DNA of 64,000 nt from a virus: positions 1 to 64,000 of the IMG/VR virus record IMGVR_UViG_3300031344_000005. One strand, written 5' to 3'. The position numbers were made by a program, and so were the translations under genes. Each line of letters begins with the position of its first letter. Position 1 is the stretch's first letter. This document shows, piece after piece, positions 8,425 to 17,671 of the stretch. Below the pieces are notes generated by a model. The model worked only from the letters and a program-made list of their open reading frames with translations, did no database searches and had not been told where the DNA came from.

Positions 8425-8502
8425 GGTGTTCTCCTACTTACTGCCCCTGTAGACCGGGGCCGTCACGTGACGCGAAGTATGTTACCATAGTCGTGGCACG
8501 AG

Positions 8503-9978
8503 ATGCTAGCTTCCGCCGAACTCCACGACCTCGAAGGCGCCTACCGCACCGCTGATGAGACGCTGGTGCGGCTGGCCCGCCGGTCGATGAAGGCGTTTTT
8601 CAGCTACGTGATGCGGGACGAGGAGACCGGCGCACCCGTCGAGTTCGCGCCGATACATGAAGACTGGCACCGGCTGGCCGACCAGTACGACCGGCTGATG
8701 CTGTGGAGCTTCATGGAGTCAGGCAAAACCTTCAGCCTTAGCGTCGCCCGCACGCTCTGGGAGTTGGGGCGCGACCCGACGTTGCGCTTCGCCATCGTCA
8801 GCAACACCAGCGGCATGGCGGTCAAGATCGCGAATCAGATCGGAAAGTACATCACGCAGTCGGCGGAACTGCACCGGGTGTTTCCACACCTGGAGCCTGA
8901 CCCCAGCATGCCGTGGAACAGCGAGCAGCTCACGGTCAAGCGGCCGACGTTGTCCAAGGACCCGTCGGTCAACACTCTCGGAATCGGCAGTAACACACAG
9001 GGCGCCCGCATCGATCGGGCCATCCTGGACGACGTGCTGAACCGCGAAAACACGCGCACCCAGTACATGCGGGACGAGTCGCAGGACTGGTACCTGAAGA
9101 CCATCCCGGGCCGCATGACGGAACGTGGCCGCATCCTCGGAGTCGGCAACGCTTGGAACCCGGACGACCTCTACCACCGGCTGGTGAAAAACCCGCGCTG
9201 GAAGGGCTACAAGTTCCCCATCCTGAAGCCCGACGGCAGCAGCGCGTGGCCCGAAGTCTGGCCGCTCGACCGCATCGAACGGCGCCGCCAGGAGTTGGGC
9301 CCGCTCGAATCCATGAGCCAATTGATGTGCCAGCCCATCGACGACGCCATGGCGCGGTTCAAGCGGGAGTGGATCGAGGCTTGCCTGCGGCGTGGCGAGG
9401 GCAAGTCGCCCGTCTACGCCCTGCGAGGCATGCCGACGGGCCTGCGGGTCTTCTGCGGCGTCGACTTGGCGGTGGGGCTGAAGAAGAGCCACGATCTGAC
9501 GGCGTTCTTCGTCCTGGCTGTTCACCCGAATGGCGACCGCGAGGTACTGTGGGTCGAAGGTGCGCGCCTCCTCGCGACCGACATCATGGGCAAGGTGCGG
9601 GAGTTGCGGGATCGCTTTCACCCCATCTTCGTGATCGAGAACGTGGCGGCGCAGGACTACCTAGTGCAGCTCCTCCAGGGAAGCACGTCGATTCCGATCA
9701 TTCCCTTCGCTACGGGCAAGAACAAAGCTGACCCGACATTCGGGCTCGAAGCGATGAGCGCCGAGTTCGCAGCCGGCAAGTGGATAATCCCGAACCATGG
9801 CGGCGTCTGTGAGCCCGAGATCCAGGCATGGGTCGACGAAATGCTCAGCTACAGCCCGTCGGCACACTCGGGCGACAGGTTGATGAGTTCGTGGTTCGCC
9901 AAGGAAGGCGAGCGCCTCGGGGCCGTCGCGCCCGCTCCGCCCACCGGGATCATGCCGCTCCGTTTGAATCGCTGGTGA
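8503..9978 (+). CDS. terL: Terminase large subunit
   Basis: Walker A-like ESGKT, Walker B AILDD, GNAW coupling motif, RNase H-like GVDLA and C-terminal D; followed by portal. Confidence 0.93.
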   Translation: MLASAELHDLEGAYRTADETLVRLARRSMKAFFSYVMRDEETGAPVEFAPIHEDWHRLADQYDRLMLWSFMESGKTFSLSVARTLWELGRDPTLRFAIVSNTSGMAVKIANQIGKYITQSAELHRVFPHLEPDPSMPWNSEQLTVKRPTLSKDPSVNTLGIGSNTQGARIDRAILDDVLNRENTRTQYMRDESQDWYLKTIPGRMTERGRILGVGNAWNPDDLYHRLVKNPRWKGYKFPILKPDGSSAWPEVWPLDRIERRRQELGPLESMSQLMCQPIDDAMARFKREWIEACLRRGEGKSPVYALRGMPTGLRVFCGVDLAVGLKKSHDLTAFFVLAVHPNGDREVLWVEGARLLATDIMGKVRELRDRFHPIFVIENVAAQDYLVQLLQGSTSIPIIPFATGKNKADPTFGLEAMSAEFAAGKWIIPNHGGVCEPEIQAWVDEMLSYSPSAHSGDRLMSSWFAKEGERLGAVAPAPPTGIMPLRLNRW

Positions 9979-10004
9979 CCTGAGAAAGTGTTAAGGTGTA
10001 GCCC

Positions 10005-11651
10005 ATGGCAAGTGCAATCCACAGGGATCCGGCAGCAGGAGAACGACTCGTGAACGCAGTGGCCCAGCAAGACCTTGTCGCCGAGCAGATGCGGCGGGTG
10101 GGCCTGTCGCAGCGGCAAGTCGAGCTGAACCAGTTGTATTCCTATGCCCGCGCGCAGCAGCACGACACGTGCGCGCTTGACTGGGACGGCAGCCCGCATC
10201 CCACGGCCATCGACCGGCAGGCCATCGTCTCGTCGAACTTCCTGCCGCAGGGATGGAAGGACCCAGGCGGGAATCTGGACCCCCTGCCCCTGCGGTATCG
10301 CCGGCCGTCGGTGCCCTGCCACCTTGGCAAGGTGATCCCGGCGCGCTTCACGGCGCTCCTCTTCGGGGAAGGCACGCACCCGCAATGGAAAGTGCCTGGC
10401 CTCCCCAACACCGAGGCATGGATCGAGGCCGTGAGCCACTCCTATGACCTCTGGTCGAAGATGACGCTGGTGCGAGACATGGGCGGCGGCATGGGAACGG
10501 CCATCATCGGTTTCAAGATCATCGACGGCGAAGTGGTGTTTGAGGAGTTCGATGCCCGCTGGGCGTTCCCGACGTTCGACCCGCGGCGGCCCGGCCTGCT
10601 CTCGATGCTGGAGATTCGGTACATGTTCCCGCAGGAAACCATGGACCCGCAGACCGGGAAGTGGCGCGAGGACAAGTTCTGGTATCGCAGGATCATCGAC
10701 ACGAAGAGCGACTGTCTTTGGAAGCCGCAGCTCGTCGGCGACGGCACGCAGGAGCCGAATTGGAAGGACCCCGCGACGGCCGCCTCAATAGTCGACCACG
10801 AGTTTGGCTTCGTGCCGGTCTGGTGGATCCAGAATATCGAAGTCACCGGGGACATTGACGGCGATCCGGACTGCCACGGCTGCTACGACTATTTCGACCG
10901 CATTGGTGAGCTGGACTCGCAGTCCCACAAGGGCGCGGTCAGGAACGCAGACCCAACCGCCACGATTGCCAGCGACGGGAACTACTCGACGGTCCAGATG
11001 GGCAGCGACCAGGTGCTCAAGATGGAGAAAGGTGCGACCGCCGGCTACCTCGAAAGCCAGGGGACCGCCGTGAAGGCCGCGTCCGACGAATCCGACCGCT
11101 TGCGCTCGAAGGCGCTGGAAATCGCGGAGTGCGTGATGCCCGACCAGGAAGACCGCGAGGGCGGACCCGTCACCGCGACCGAGATGCACAAGAAGACCGC
11201 CGCCATGTACGCGAAGGCGGCCCGCATGCGCCAGCAGTACGGCAGCAAGGGACTCGTCCCGATGATGACCGCGCTGGTGAAGGTGGCGCAGAAACTCAGT
11301 ACCGCCACCGTTGTCGGCGATGCCATCGTTAGGCGCCCCATCAAGCTGCCGCCCAAGATGGACGAGCAGCAAATGGGCGCGTACCAGCTCGACCCCAGCG
11401 ACAACGCGCAGCTCAAGTTGGAATGGCCGCCGTTCGCCGAGCCCACGCCAGGCGACACGCTGTCGACCGCGCAGGCGACTGTCTTGCTTGTGGGGAGTGG
11501 CATCGTCACGAAGAAGACCGCTACGCGAAAGGTGGCCTCGCACTACAACATTGAGGACATTGACGCTGAAGTCGCGCAGGCCGCGAAGGAAAAGCCCGTG
11601 ATGCCGGACTTGGGTGCGCAGTCGCTGAGCGAGTTGAACCAAGGGAGGTAA
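10005..11651 (+). CDS. Portal protein
   Basis: 548 aa right after TerL; HEFGFVPVWWIQN, LKLEWPPF motifs like SPP1-gp6-type portals. Confidence 0.85.
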   Translation: MASAIHRDPAAGERLVNAVAQQDLVAEQMRRVGLSQRQVELNQLYSYARAQQHDTCALDWDGSPHPTAIDRQAIVSSNFLPQGWKDPGGNLDPLPLRYRRPSVPCHLGKVIPARFTALLFGEGTHPQWKVPGLPNTEAWIEAVSHSYDLWSKMTLVRDMGGGMGTAIIGFKIIDGEVVFEEFDARWAFPTFDPRRPGLLSMLEIRYMFPQETMDPQTGKWREDKFWYRRIIDTKSDCLWKPQLVGDGTQEPNWKDPATAASIVDHEFGFVPVWWIQNIEVTGDIDGDPDCHGCYDYFDRIGELDSQSHKGAVRNADPTATIASDGNYSTVQMGSDQVLKMEKGATAGYLESQGTAVKAASDESDRLRSKALEIAECVMPDQEDREGGPVTATEMHKKTAAMYAKAARMRQQYGSKGLVPMMTALVKVAQKLSTATVVGDAIVRRPIKLPPKMDEQQMGAYQLDPSDNAQLKLEWPPFAEPTPGDTLSTAQATVLLVGSGIVTKKTATRKVASHYNIEDIDAEVAQAAKEKPVMPDLGAQSLSELNQGR

Positions 11652-11656
11652 GCAGG

Positions 11657-11920
11657 ATGAAACGGAAGCCAATTATCCGACCGACGAGATACGCACGCCC
11701 ATGCGATGACTCCGTACCAGGTTGGTGCGTGGCTGAAGTGGAGATCGGACCGAAGGGCGTCAAGTGGGTCGGCACGCTCTTTGAGCCGGTGCTGACGGTT
11801 CGTGGGATGAAGTTGATTGGACGTCCCCGGTGGATCAAGCACGGGATGACGAGAAACCAGGCGACCAAAGAGGCGAGACTCTGGAACGAATTGGAGAGAG
11901 CCAAGCCTAAGAGGAAGTAG
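11657..11920 (+). CDS. Hypothetical protein
   Basis: GGAGG RBS, basic small ORF. Confidence 0.55.
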   Translation: MKRKPIIRPTRYARPCDDSVPGWCVAEVEIGPKGVKWVGTLFEPVLTVRGMKLIGRPRWIKHGMTRNQATKEARLWNELERAKPKRK

Positions 11921-12084
11921 CGAGTGGACCGGCCCGACATCATCCCATGCTGGCAGCATCGGTTAGCTGATCTTCGCCGAACCGTGCGCGATTGCCAGCA
12001 TGGTGGGCAGAAGCTACGCAACGATGAGGGGCAACTCTTCTGTGCGGATTGCGGACGCCACTTGAACGACGATGGGGGCGAGGT

Positions 12085-13227
12085 TTGAAGATCGCGATCG
12101 ACTGGGATGGCACGGTGGTCAGCCGAGACCGATCGTATGCCGATGTCACGACGCCCATGGAGTTCGTGCCTGGGGCCAAGGAAGGGCTGCTGGCGCTGAA
12201 AGCCGCTGGCCATTTGCTTCTGCTTTGGAGCGGCCGCGCGAGCCGCGCTTTGCTGGTAGACCCCGAGCTTGACCCCTTCGTGCGCGCCGGCGTCGTCGAG
12301 GTGGACCGCCGACATTGGCAAGAGTCGCGCTGGCTTCATCAGGCGCGTTATGACCAGATGATCGAGTTCGTCGAGCGTGAATTGCCCGGCGTGTTCGATG
12401 CCATCGACGACGGCCTGGCGGGTAAACCCAGCGTGGATCTCTTCATTGACGACAAGTGCATGGCGATGCGCGGCCCTGCCACGTGGGCGCGGATTGCTCG
12501 CCAGTACGGCGAAGAGCAGCCCCTGTTCGACGAGCCCGCGGCGACTGGCCTGCTGGCCCGCCCGGTCGCGAGCCTGAACTTAGTGCCTGCCGGGCCCCTG
12601 AAGGACATTCTCGACAGCGTGCGGGGCGAACTGAAGGCCGCCGGCATCGTGCACTTCGAGCCGCACTTCGCCTTGGGGGATTCGGGCTTCTGGTGTGCCG
12701 ACCGCGCCCTGACGGTCAATATCCCATGGTTTCTCGCCACCGAGGAGCTGCACCAGCTCGCCCAGGCCCGCTACCCGATGCAGTGGAGCGACGTGCTCCG
12801 GGGCGTCCGGCACGAAGTCGGGCACGCCTTGAACTACGCCTTTGAGCTGTGGAAGCGCGAGGATTGGCGGCGTACCTTCGGCGACTTCACGGCGCCCTAC
12901 CCGGATCGGCCCTGGCCTGTGGCGCCCGACAGCCCGGACTTCGTTGAGTACGTGCGGGACAGCGGGCCAGGGTACAGCCAGCGGCACCCCGATGAAGACT
13001 GGGCCGAGTCTTTCGCCTGCTGGCTGGACCAGGCGTCAGATTGGCGGCGACGCTACATGGCGGGTGCTCGTCGTAAGCTGGAATACGTGGTCATCATCGC
13101 CCGGGACGTGCTCTGCGGCTGGCCTAGCAACTACAACCTGGGGACGCCGCGGGCTTGGCGGGAAGCTTTCAGGGGGCAGACCGTCGCGCAGGCCCTGGCG
13201 ATACCAACCGCAGAAAACGGGCCTTGA
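12085..13227 (+). CDS. HAD-family phosphatase fused to putative zinc metallopeptidase
   Basis: TTG start after GAGG; IDWDGT, WSGR, GKP, FIDD HAD motifs; C-terminal HEVGH and HPDEDWAESFA. Confidence 0.75.
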   Translation: MKIAIDWDGTVVSRDRSYADVTTPMEFVPGAKEGLLALKAAGHLLLLWSGRASRALLVDPELDPFVRAGVVEVDRRHWQESRWLHQARYDQMIEFVERELPGVFDAIDDGLAGKPSVDLFIDDKCMAMRGPATWARIARQYGEEQPLFDEPAATGLLARPVASLNLVPAGPLKDILDSVRGELKAAGIVHFEPHFALGDSGFWCADRALTVNIPWFLATEELHQLAQARYPMQWSDVLRGVRHEVGHALNYAFELWKREDWRRTFGDFTAPYPDRPWPVAPDSPDFVEYVRDSGPGYSQRHPDEDWAESFACWLDQASDWRRRYMAGARRKLEYVVIIARDVLCGWPSNYNLGTPRAWREAFRGQTVAQALAIPTAENGP

Positions 13228-13252
13228 CACCGCCGTAACAGTCCGCTACTGT
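13224..13252 (+). promoter_or_regulatory. Sigma70 promoter, leaderless type
   Basis: TTGACA-17 nt-TACTGT, ATG 6 nt later. Confidence 0.7.
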
Positions 13253-13258
13253 CACGAT

Positions 13259-13480
13259 ATGGCACCAGAAGCGCGTAACCCAGGCCACGTCGTTCGGCTG
13301 AGTGACGCAGCATACGAACAACTCCTCGCACTGCAGGAAGTTGTCGCGTCGCGGGGCTGGCAGGTGGTCGGCGTGAAGAGTGCCGAGCCGGCGACCCTGG
13401 CCGCCGTGCTTGGCATGGCTATCGCACAGGTGAGCGACATGGTGGCCGAGCTGACGGCAGAGAAGAAGGGAGAGGGCTGA
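13259..13480 (+). CDS. Small putative DNA-binding (ribbon-helix-helix-like) protein
   Basis: HVVRLSDAAYEQL strand-helix pattern; own promoter. Confidence 0.55.
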   Translation: MAPEARNPGHVVRLSDAAYEQLLALQEVVASRGWQVVGVKSAEPATLAAVLGMAIAQVSDMVAELTAEKKGEG

Positions 13481-13483
13481 ACG

Positions 13484-13966
13484 ATGCCGATCATGCACAC
13501 CAATATCTCGGGGGACTTCTGGAACTGCGACTGCAAGAATTACCCGAACCCCATCGAGTTTTCCTTCTGCCCACTCTGCGGCAAGAAGCGGCCCGAACCA
13601 CTGCCCGCAATCGGCGATAAGGTCTGGGTCAAGGCGCAGGTCAAGGAAGTTGTCGAGCCGATTCCTGGTGGTGTGCTCACTCAGCCAGGTTTCCGTCTCT
13701 TCGATCACGCGGGCCTGTTCGTGCCAGCGGACTACGGCGAGACGTGGATGCGGGTGGATTCCGGTGGAGAAGCGCCGGCGGGGCACATACCGCTGCTCAA
13801 GGGGGCCCGCGCGGGCCCCCTTGAGCAGCTGCCACTCATCGAGCAGTATCCCGGACTCCGGGAAATCTTAGAGGCCAACGTCGCTGGGTTGCTGGGCGAC
13901 GACGATGGGCCGACGATGCGAGACAGGCTGGCTAAGAACATCATCGACCTCATCTTCGGGGGCTAA
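13484..13966 (+). CDS. Hypothetical protein with N-terminal zinc ribbon
   Basis: WNCDC...FCPLCG. Confidence 0.6.
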   Translation: MPIMHTNISGDFWNCDCKNYPNPIEFSFCPLCGKKRPEPLPAIGDKVWVKAQVKEVVEPIPGGVLTQPGFRLFDHAGLFVPADYGETWMRVDSGGEAPAGHIPLLKGARAGPLEQLPLIEQYPGLREILEANVAGLLGDDDGPTMRDRLAKNIIDLIFGG

Positions 13967-13968
13967 CC

Positions 13969-14382
13969 ATGGGACGTGAAGCGAAAGCAAAGGCTGAACG
14001 CGGCTACCTGAAGAAGCTCTTCGACGGCCAGACCACCGCCCAGGACGTGTGGCGCCAGGCTGTGATCAGGCGGCACACTTGCAACAAGTGCCAGGCTCAG
14101 GCGACGATGGAGGCCCACGTGTTCTGGCCGGTGGAGGACTTCGAGCGCGACCAGCCGTTCCTGGCGGTCAAGATCGCGAGCGATCACCACGGCGGGATCC
14201 CGTTCGTATCGTTCAAATCGTCCGGTGGTGGACGGCGCGACTTCGTCCACATGCCGACCCTGTACGCCTGCGACGGGTGCTCGGCCGAGCTCGAGAAGAT
14301 GCTGGCGCACGCCCCAAGTTACGTGGTGGTGGAATTCCGCCGCGGGCCCGGGCCGGAGAAACCGCAGGTGCAGGTGTCGTGA
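13969..14382 (+). CDS. Hypothetical Cys-pair protein
   Basis: CNKC and CDGC pairs. Confidence 0.65.
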   Translation: MGREAKAKAERGYLKKLFDGQTTAQDVWRQAVIRRHTCNKCQAQATMEAHVFWPVEDFERDQPFLAVKIASDHHGGIPFVSFKSSGGGRRDFVHMPTLYACDGCSAELEKMLAHAPSYVVVEFRRGPGPEKPQVQVS

Positions 14383-14855
14383 AAAATCTCGCTTGTCTTG
14401 CTGCCCTGCTGGCATCTTGCGCGACCGGCATCGAGCCACCGCCCGACGCGGGGGCAACTGGCGGGGCATCTATCGGGGCGACGTTCCCAGCCGCCACAGG
14501 CGGGGCGCGCGCATCTTCCACCGCTGAGGGGGCAGGGGGAACGGCGGCGGCCGGCGGTGTGATGACTACGGGAGGCGCGGCCGCAACGGGCGGGACAACG
14601 ACGAGCCCACCACGCGATGCCGGTGTGGCACGGGACTCCCTGGCGAAGATCGACTTGCCCCCCGACGCCTGCACGGTCGACATGTACGGCAAGGTCACGG
14701 CGTGCGCAGTGTTTCTCGGCCAGACGCCACCGCTGGTGTTTTGCCCGTGGAATATGAATTGCCAAGTGGCGTCGTGCGCGGAAAACTCATCGGGGCTAAC
14801 GACGCCCGGAGTTCTGTGCTCGGCGGGTGGGCCGAGCTGCGCATGCACGAGGTGA
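14379..14855 (+). CDS. Putative lipoprotein
   Basis: Lipobox LASC after a hydrophobic leader; G/T/A linker; Cys-rich C-terminus. Confidence 0.65.
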   Translation: MKNLACLAALLASCATGIEPPPDAGATGGASIGATFPAATGGARASSTAEGAGGTAAAGGVMTTGGAAATGGTTTSPPRDAGVARDSLAKIDLPPDACTVDMYGKVTACAVFLGQTPPLVFCPWNMNCQVASCAENSSGLTTPGVLCSAGGPSCACTR

Positions 14856-15067
14856 AGCGATGATCATCGAAGCCATTATTCTCGGGTACGCCATCTATCG
14901 AAGCCGCAATCCAGTCTGTTGGCGGATTGTTTGGAGTGGTGACTGTGTCTCATGTTCGGACACGTTCCGCCCGGTGGATCCTGACCGACTACTGAGACTT
15001 GCGGGGCTGGGTCTGCCATGCCGACTACCTTGGCCGATTTGACCCCACTTGGTGTACAATAGCCACC

Positions 15068-15529
15068 ATGTCTCTCGCCTCCGTCCAGTTCGCCAAGACC
15101 CAGCAGAAGCCACAGCAGCCCCAGCCCGACAAGCCCAAGCTGAACGCACAGGAACGCCTGGCCCTCAAGAAGATGCGCCGAGAAGCCAAGGCGGCGGGGG
15201 CCACGCTGCAGAACAACGGTGAGGGAGGACTCGCACCGTCACTTGTGCTTGGGATCATGCGCCGGGACCATTTTCGTTGCGTGAACGAGGACTGTCCCAC
15301 TCCCAAGAAGAATTTGTCCCTTGACCACATCAGTGGCCACCCGCAGGAGATTGCGGCGGATCCGGAAGCCCGTCACAGGAAAGACCTGAAGCGTGGAATC
15401 AAACTCGGGCACGTGGCCAAGATGGAAGCCCTGAGAACTATTTGCGCACAATGCCATGATCGTTGCCACGACCGCGAGCGTGAGATAGACGCCGGCGAGA
15501 AACCGCAACCCATGCGAGGCAAAGAGTAA
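15068..15529 (+). CDS. HNH endonuclease-like protein
   Basis: RRDHFRC....C....LSLDHI...LRTICAQCH; TACAAT 7 nt before ATG. Confidence 0.7.
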   Translation: MSLASVQFAKTQQKPQQPQPDKPKLNAQERLALKKMRREAKAAGATLQNNGEGGLAPSLVLGIMRRDHFRCVNEDCPTPKKNLSLDHISGHPQEIAADPEARHRKDLKRGIKLGHVAKMEALRTICAQCHDRCHDREREIDAGEKPQPMRGKE

Positions 15530-15538
15530 AATCCCGCC

Positions 15539-16486
15539 ATGACGATCACCGTCGGTCCTCACGACACCACATTCATGCCGAGGATTTGCGCGAAGTGCGG
15601 ATCCTCCTACGAGGGAACGAGGATGCTTTGCGATGGCTGTCGCGTCGGCAAGTGCCCGACGTGTGGTGGCCCACTGGTGCAGACGAGGGGCGTGGGGCAC
15701 GTCTACAAGTACTGCTCCTATGAGTGTCGGGACAAGGGGCGCAAGGGCATCTCACTCAAGGGCAAGGTGACGGTCGCTTGCGAGGTATGCCAGAAGGCAT
15801 TCGAGGTGTTCCCCTCACGAGTCGGAGTCGTGAAGTATTGCTCGAAGGAATGCGGAAATGTTGGAGCGGCGAGACACCTATCTGCAGTGGGATCGAAACT
15901 GCGAGCCGATCCGGCCTATCGAGCGGCGCAGTCGGCGCGCACGCGGGAGTCTTGGAAAGATCCGTCCAAGCGCGCGACGCACGAGGCAGCGGTGCGCACC
16001 GTGGAGTACCGCAAGGTCAGATCTGAGATCGCATCACGACCGGCTTCGATGGAACGGATGCGCGTGTTGGGCAAGACATGCAACACGCACGAAGCCATGC
16101 TGCGTAGAAAGGCCCCCGATTGGCCCAAGTGGACCGCTTACGTCGATACGAAGGGCGTCGAGCACAGATTTCGTTCTTCGTGGGAAGCCGACTGGGCCAA
16201 GTGGTTTGATTGCCTGGGGCTCGAATGGAAGTACGAACCCAAGCGGTTCGATCTCGGCCCACAACACCTAGGCGTCTACACGCCAGACTTTCACGTACAG
16301 ACCATGTTCGGCGCTTGCTATGTCGAGGCGCACCGAATAGAGAAAGTGCGACCGGGTGATGAGAAGAAGGTAGCCAAGCTCAGACGGATCGCTGCTGAGG
16401 GCATTCTCGATCTGCCGCTCGTACTCATGGGCGAATCCCAGATCAAGAGTATGCGCAAGGCAATGCGAGAAAGGCTGGCCGCGTGA
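15539..16486 (+). CDS. Zinc-finger PD-(D/E)xK endonuclease (homing-endonuclease-like)
   Basis: Several CxxC/YCS..C fingers; FRSSWE...KYEP...YTPDF...VE nuclease core. Confidence 0.75.
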   Translation: MTITVGPHDTTFMPRICAKCGSSYEGTRMLCDGCRVGKCPTCGGPLVQTRGVGHVYKYCSYECRDKGRKGISLKGKVTVACEVCQKAFEVFPSRVGVVKYCSKECGNVGAARHLSAVGSKLRADPAYRAAQSARTRESWKDPSKRATHEAAVRTVEYRKVRSEIASRPASMERMRVLGKTCNTHEAMLRRKAPDWPKWTAYVDTKGVEHRFRSSWEADWAKWFDCLGLEWKYEPKRFDLGPQHLGVYTPDFHVQTMFGACYVEAHRIEKVRPGDEKKVAKLRRIAAEGILDLPLVLMGESQIKSMRKAMRERLAA

Positions 16487-16752
16487 AGGTCAAGATTTTC
16501 GTCACCTTCGACAAGCTCGGGGGCAGCGCCGAGGTAGAGTTTTGGACAAAGGACGGTACACTTCGCCGGGCTAACGGGGCGTGGTTCTTGAATGTCCCGG
16601 TGGCTGACCTTCCGATCGGCATTCGGGCCATCAAGAGTGCGCGCGTAGTAGTAGACGGCGAGAAGATGGGCACCTGCGACGACATCGAGGTGCTGTTCGA
16701 CGACGGCGGATCGCCCTATATGGTGGAGTGCCGTGGCCGAGTCGCTATATGA
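16483..16752 (+). CDS. Hypothetical protein
   Basis: GTGA coupling. Confidence 0.5.
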   Translation: MKVKIFVTFDKLGGSAEVEFWTKDGTLRRANGAWFLNVPVADLPIGIRAIKSARVVVDGEKMGTCDDIEVLFDDGGSPYMVECRGRVAI

Positions 16753-17671
16753 GCAGGTGGTGAGCGCCCATCGGCGCACACTAGACAGACTGATCGAAAA
16801 AGGCTCAGTCGAGCGCTTGCGCAACGTCTACGAGAAAGCGTCCGCCGAGGTCCTGGCGAAGCTCGAACGGTTGGGCCGCGGGTCTACCAGCTTCACGGCG
16901 CATCACCTCCGCATGGCGCTCGCGCAGTTGAAGGCCGGCCAGCTCTACATTGACGATGCGATGATCGGCGAGCTGAATGCTGCCACACGCGAGGCCCAGG
17001 TCGAAAGCCTGCACATGTTGGTACGCGACTACAAGCGCCTTGGAAAGCACTTCACCGGCCACGCGCCAGTCTTGCCCATCGAGGAGGCGGCGCGGTTCGC
17101 CGGGGTCATCGACAAGAGCCGCAGCTCGCTCCTGCGCCAGCACGCGACGAGCATCAAGCGCTACGGCGCGGCCGTCATCGACCAGACCCAGGAGGCGATG
17201 GGCGTGTCGCTGGCAAGCGGAGAAACGCTTGACGGCACTATCGGGCGTGTCCACAAGGTCATCGGCGGGCAGTTCTTCGCGGCGGAACGGATCGCGCGAA
17301 CGGAAACCTGCTATGGCGCGAACGTCGCCCATTCCGACGGCATCAAGGAAATCGCCAAGGAAGACCCCGCGATCCTGCAGCAGTGGTGCGAATTTTGCGC
17401 GCCAGACGGGCATCCGCTCGACGATCGCGTGGCAGTGGACAGCATCGCAATGCACGGCCAGGTGACGGACCCTGGCGGCGAATTCACGATGCCAGCGACC
17501 GCGCCCTTTCCGGACGCCAAAGGCCGCACGAAGGTTGACGAGTCCCTGGTGGGCAAGTCGTGGGCCGTGCCGCCGTGCCGGCCGAATGGGCGCGAGACAG
17601 TACTGCCCTGGCGCAAGGACTGGGGCTCGCCCGGCTGGCGCTACAAGGGCGGCCGACGTGTTCCCGCCTAG
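16733..17671 (+). CDS. Head morphogenesis/minor capsid protein (SPP1 gp7/Mu F-like)
   Basis: AERIARTET, DDRV...HGQ, PPCRPNGRE motifs. Confidence 0.8.
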   Translation: MAESLYEQVVSAHRRTLDRLIEKGSVERLRNVYEKASAEVLAKLERLGRGSTSFTAHHLRMALAQLKAGQLYIDDAMIGELNAATREAQVESLHMLVRDYKRLGKHFTGHAPVLPIEEAARFAGVIDKSRSSLLRQHATSIKRYGAAVIDQTQEAMGVSLASGETLDGTIGRVHKVIGGQFFAAERIARTETCYGANVAHSDGIKEIAKEDPAILQQWCEFCAPDGHPLDDRVAVDSIAMHGQVTDPGGEFTMPATAPFPDAKGRTKVDESLVGKSWAVPPCRPNGRETVLPWRKDWGSPGWRYKGGRRVPA

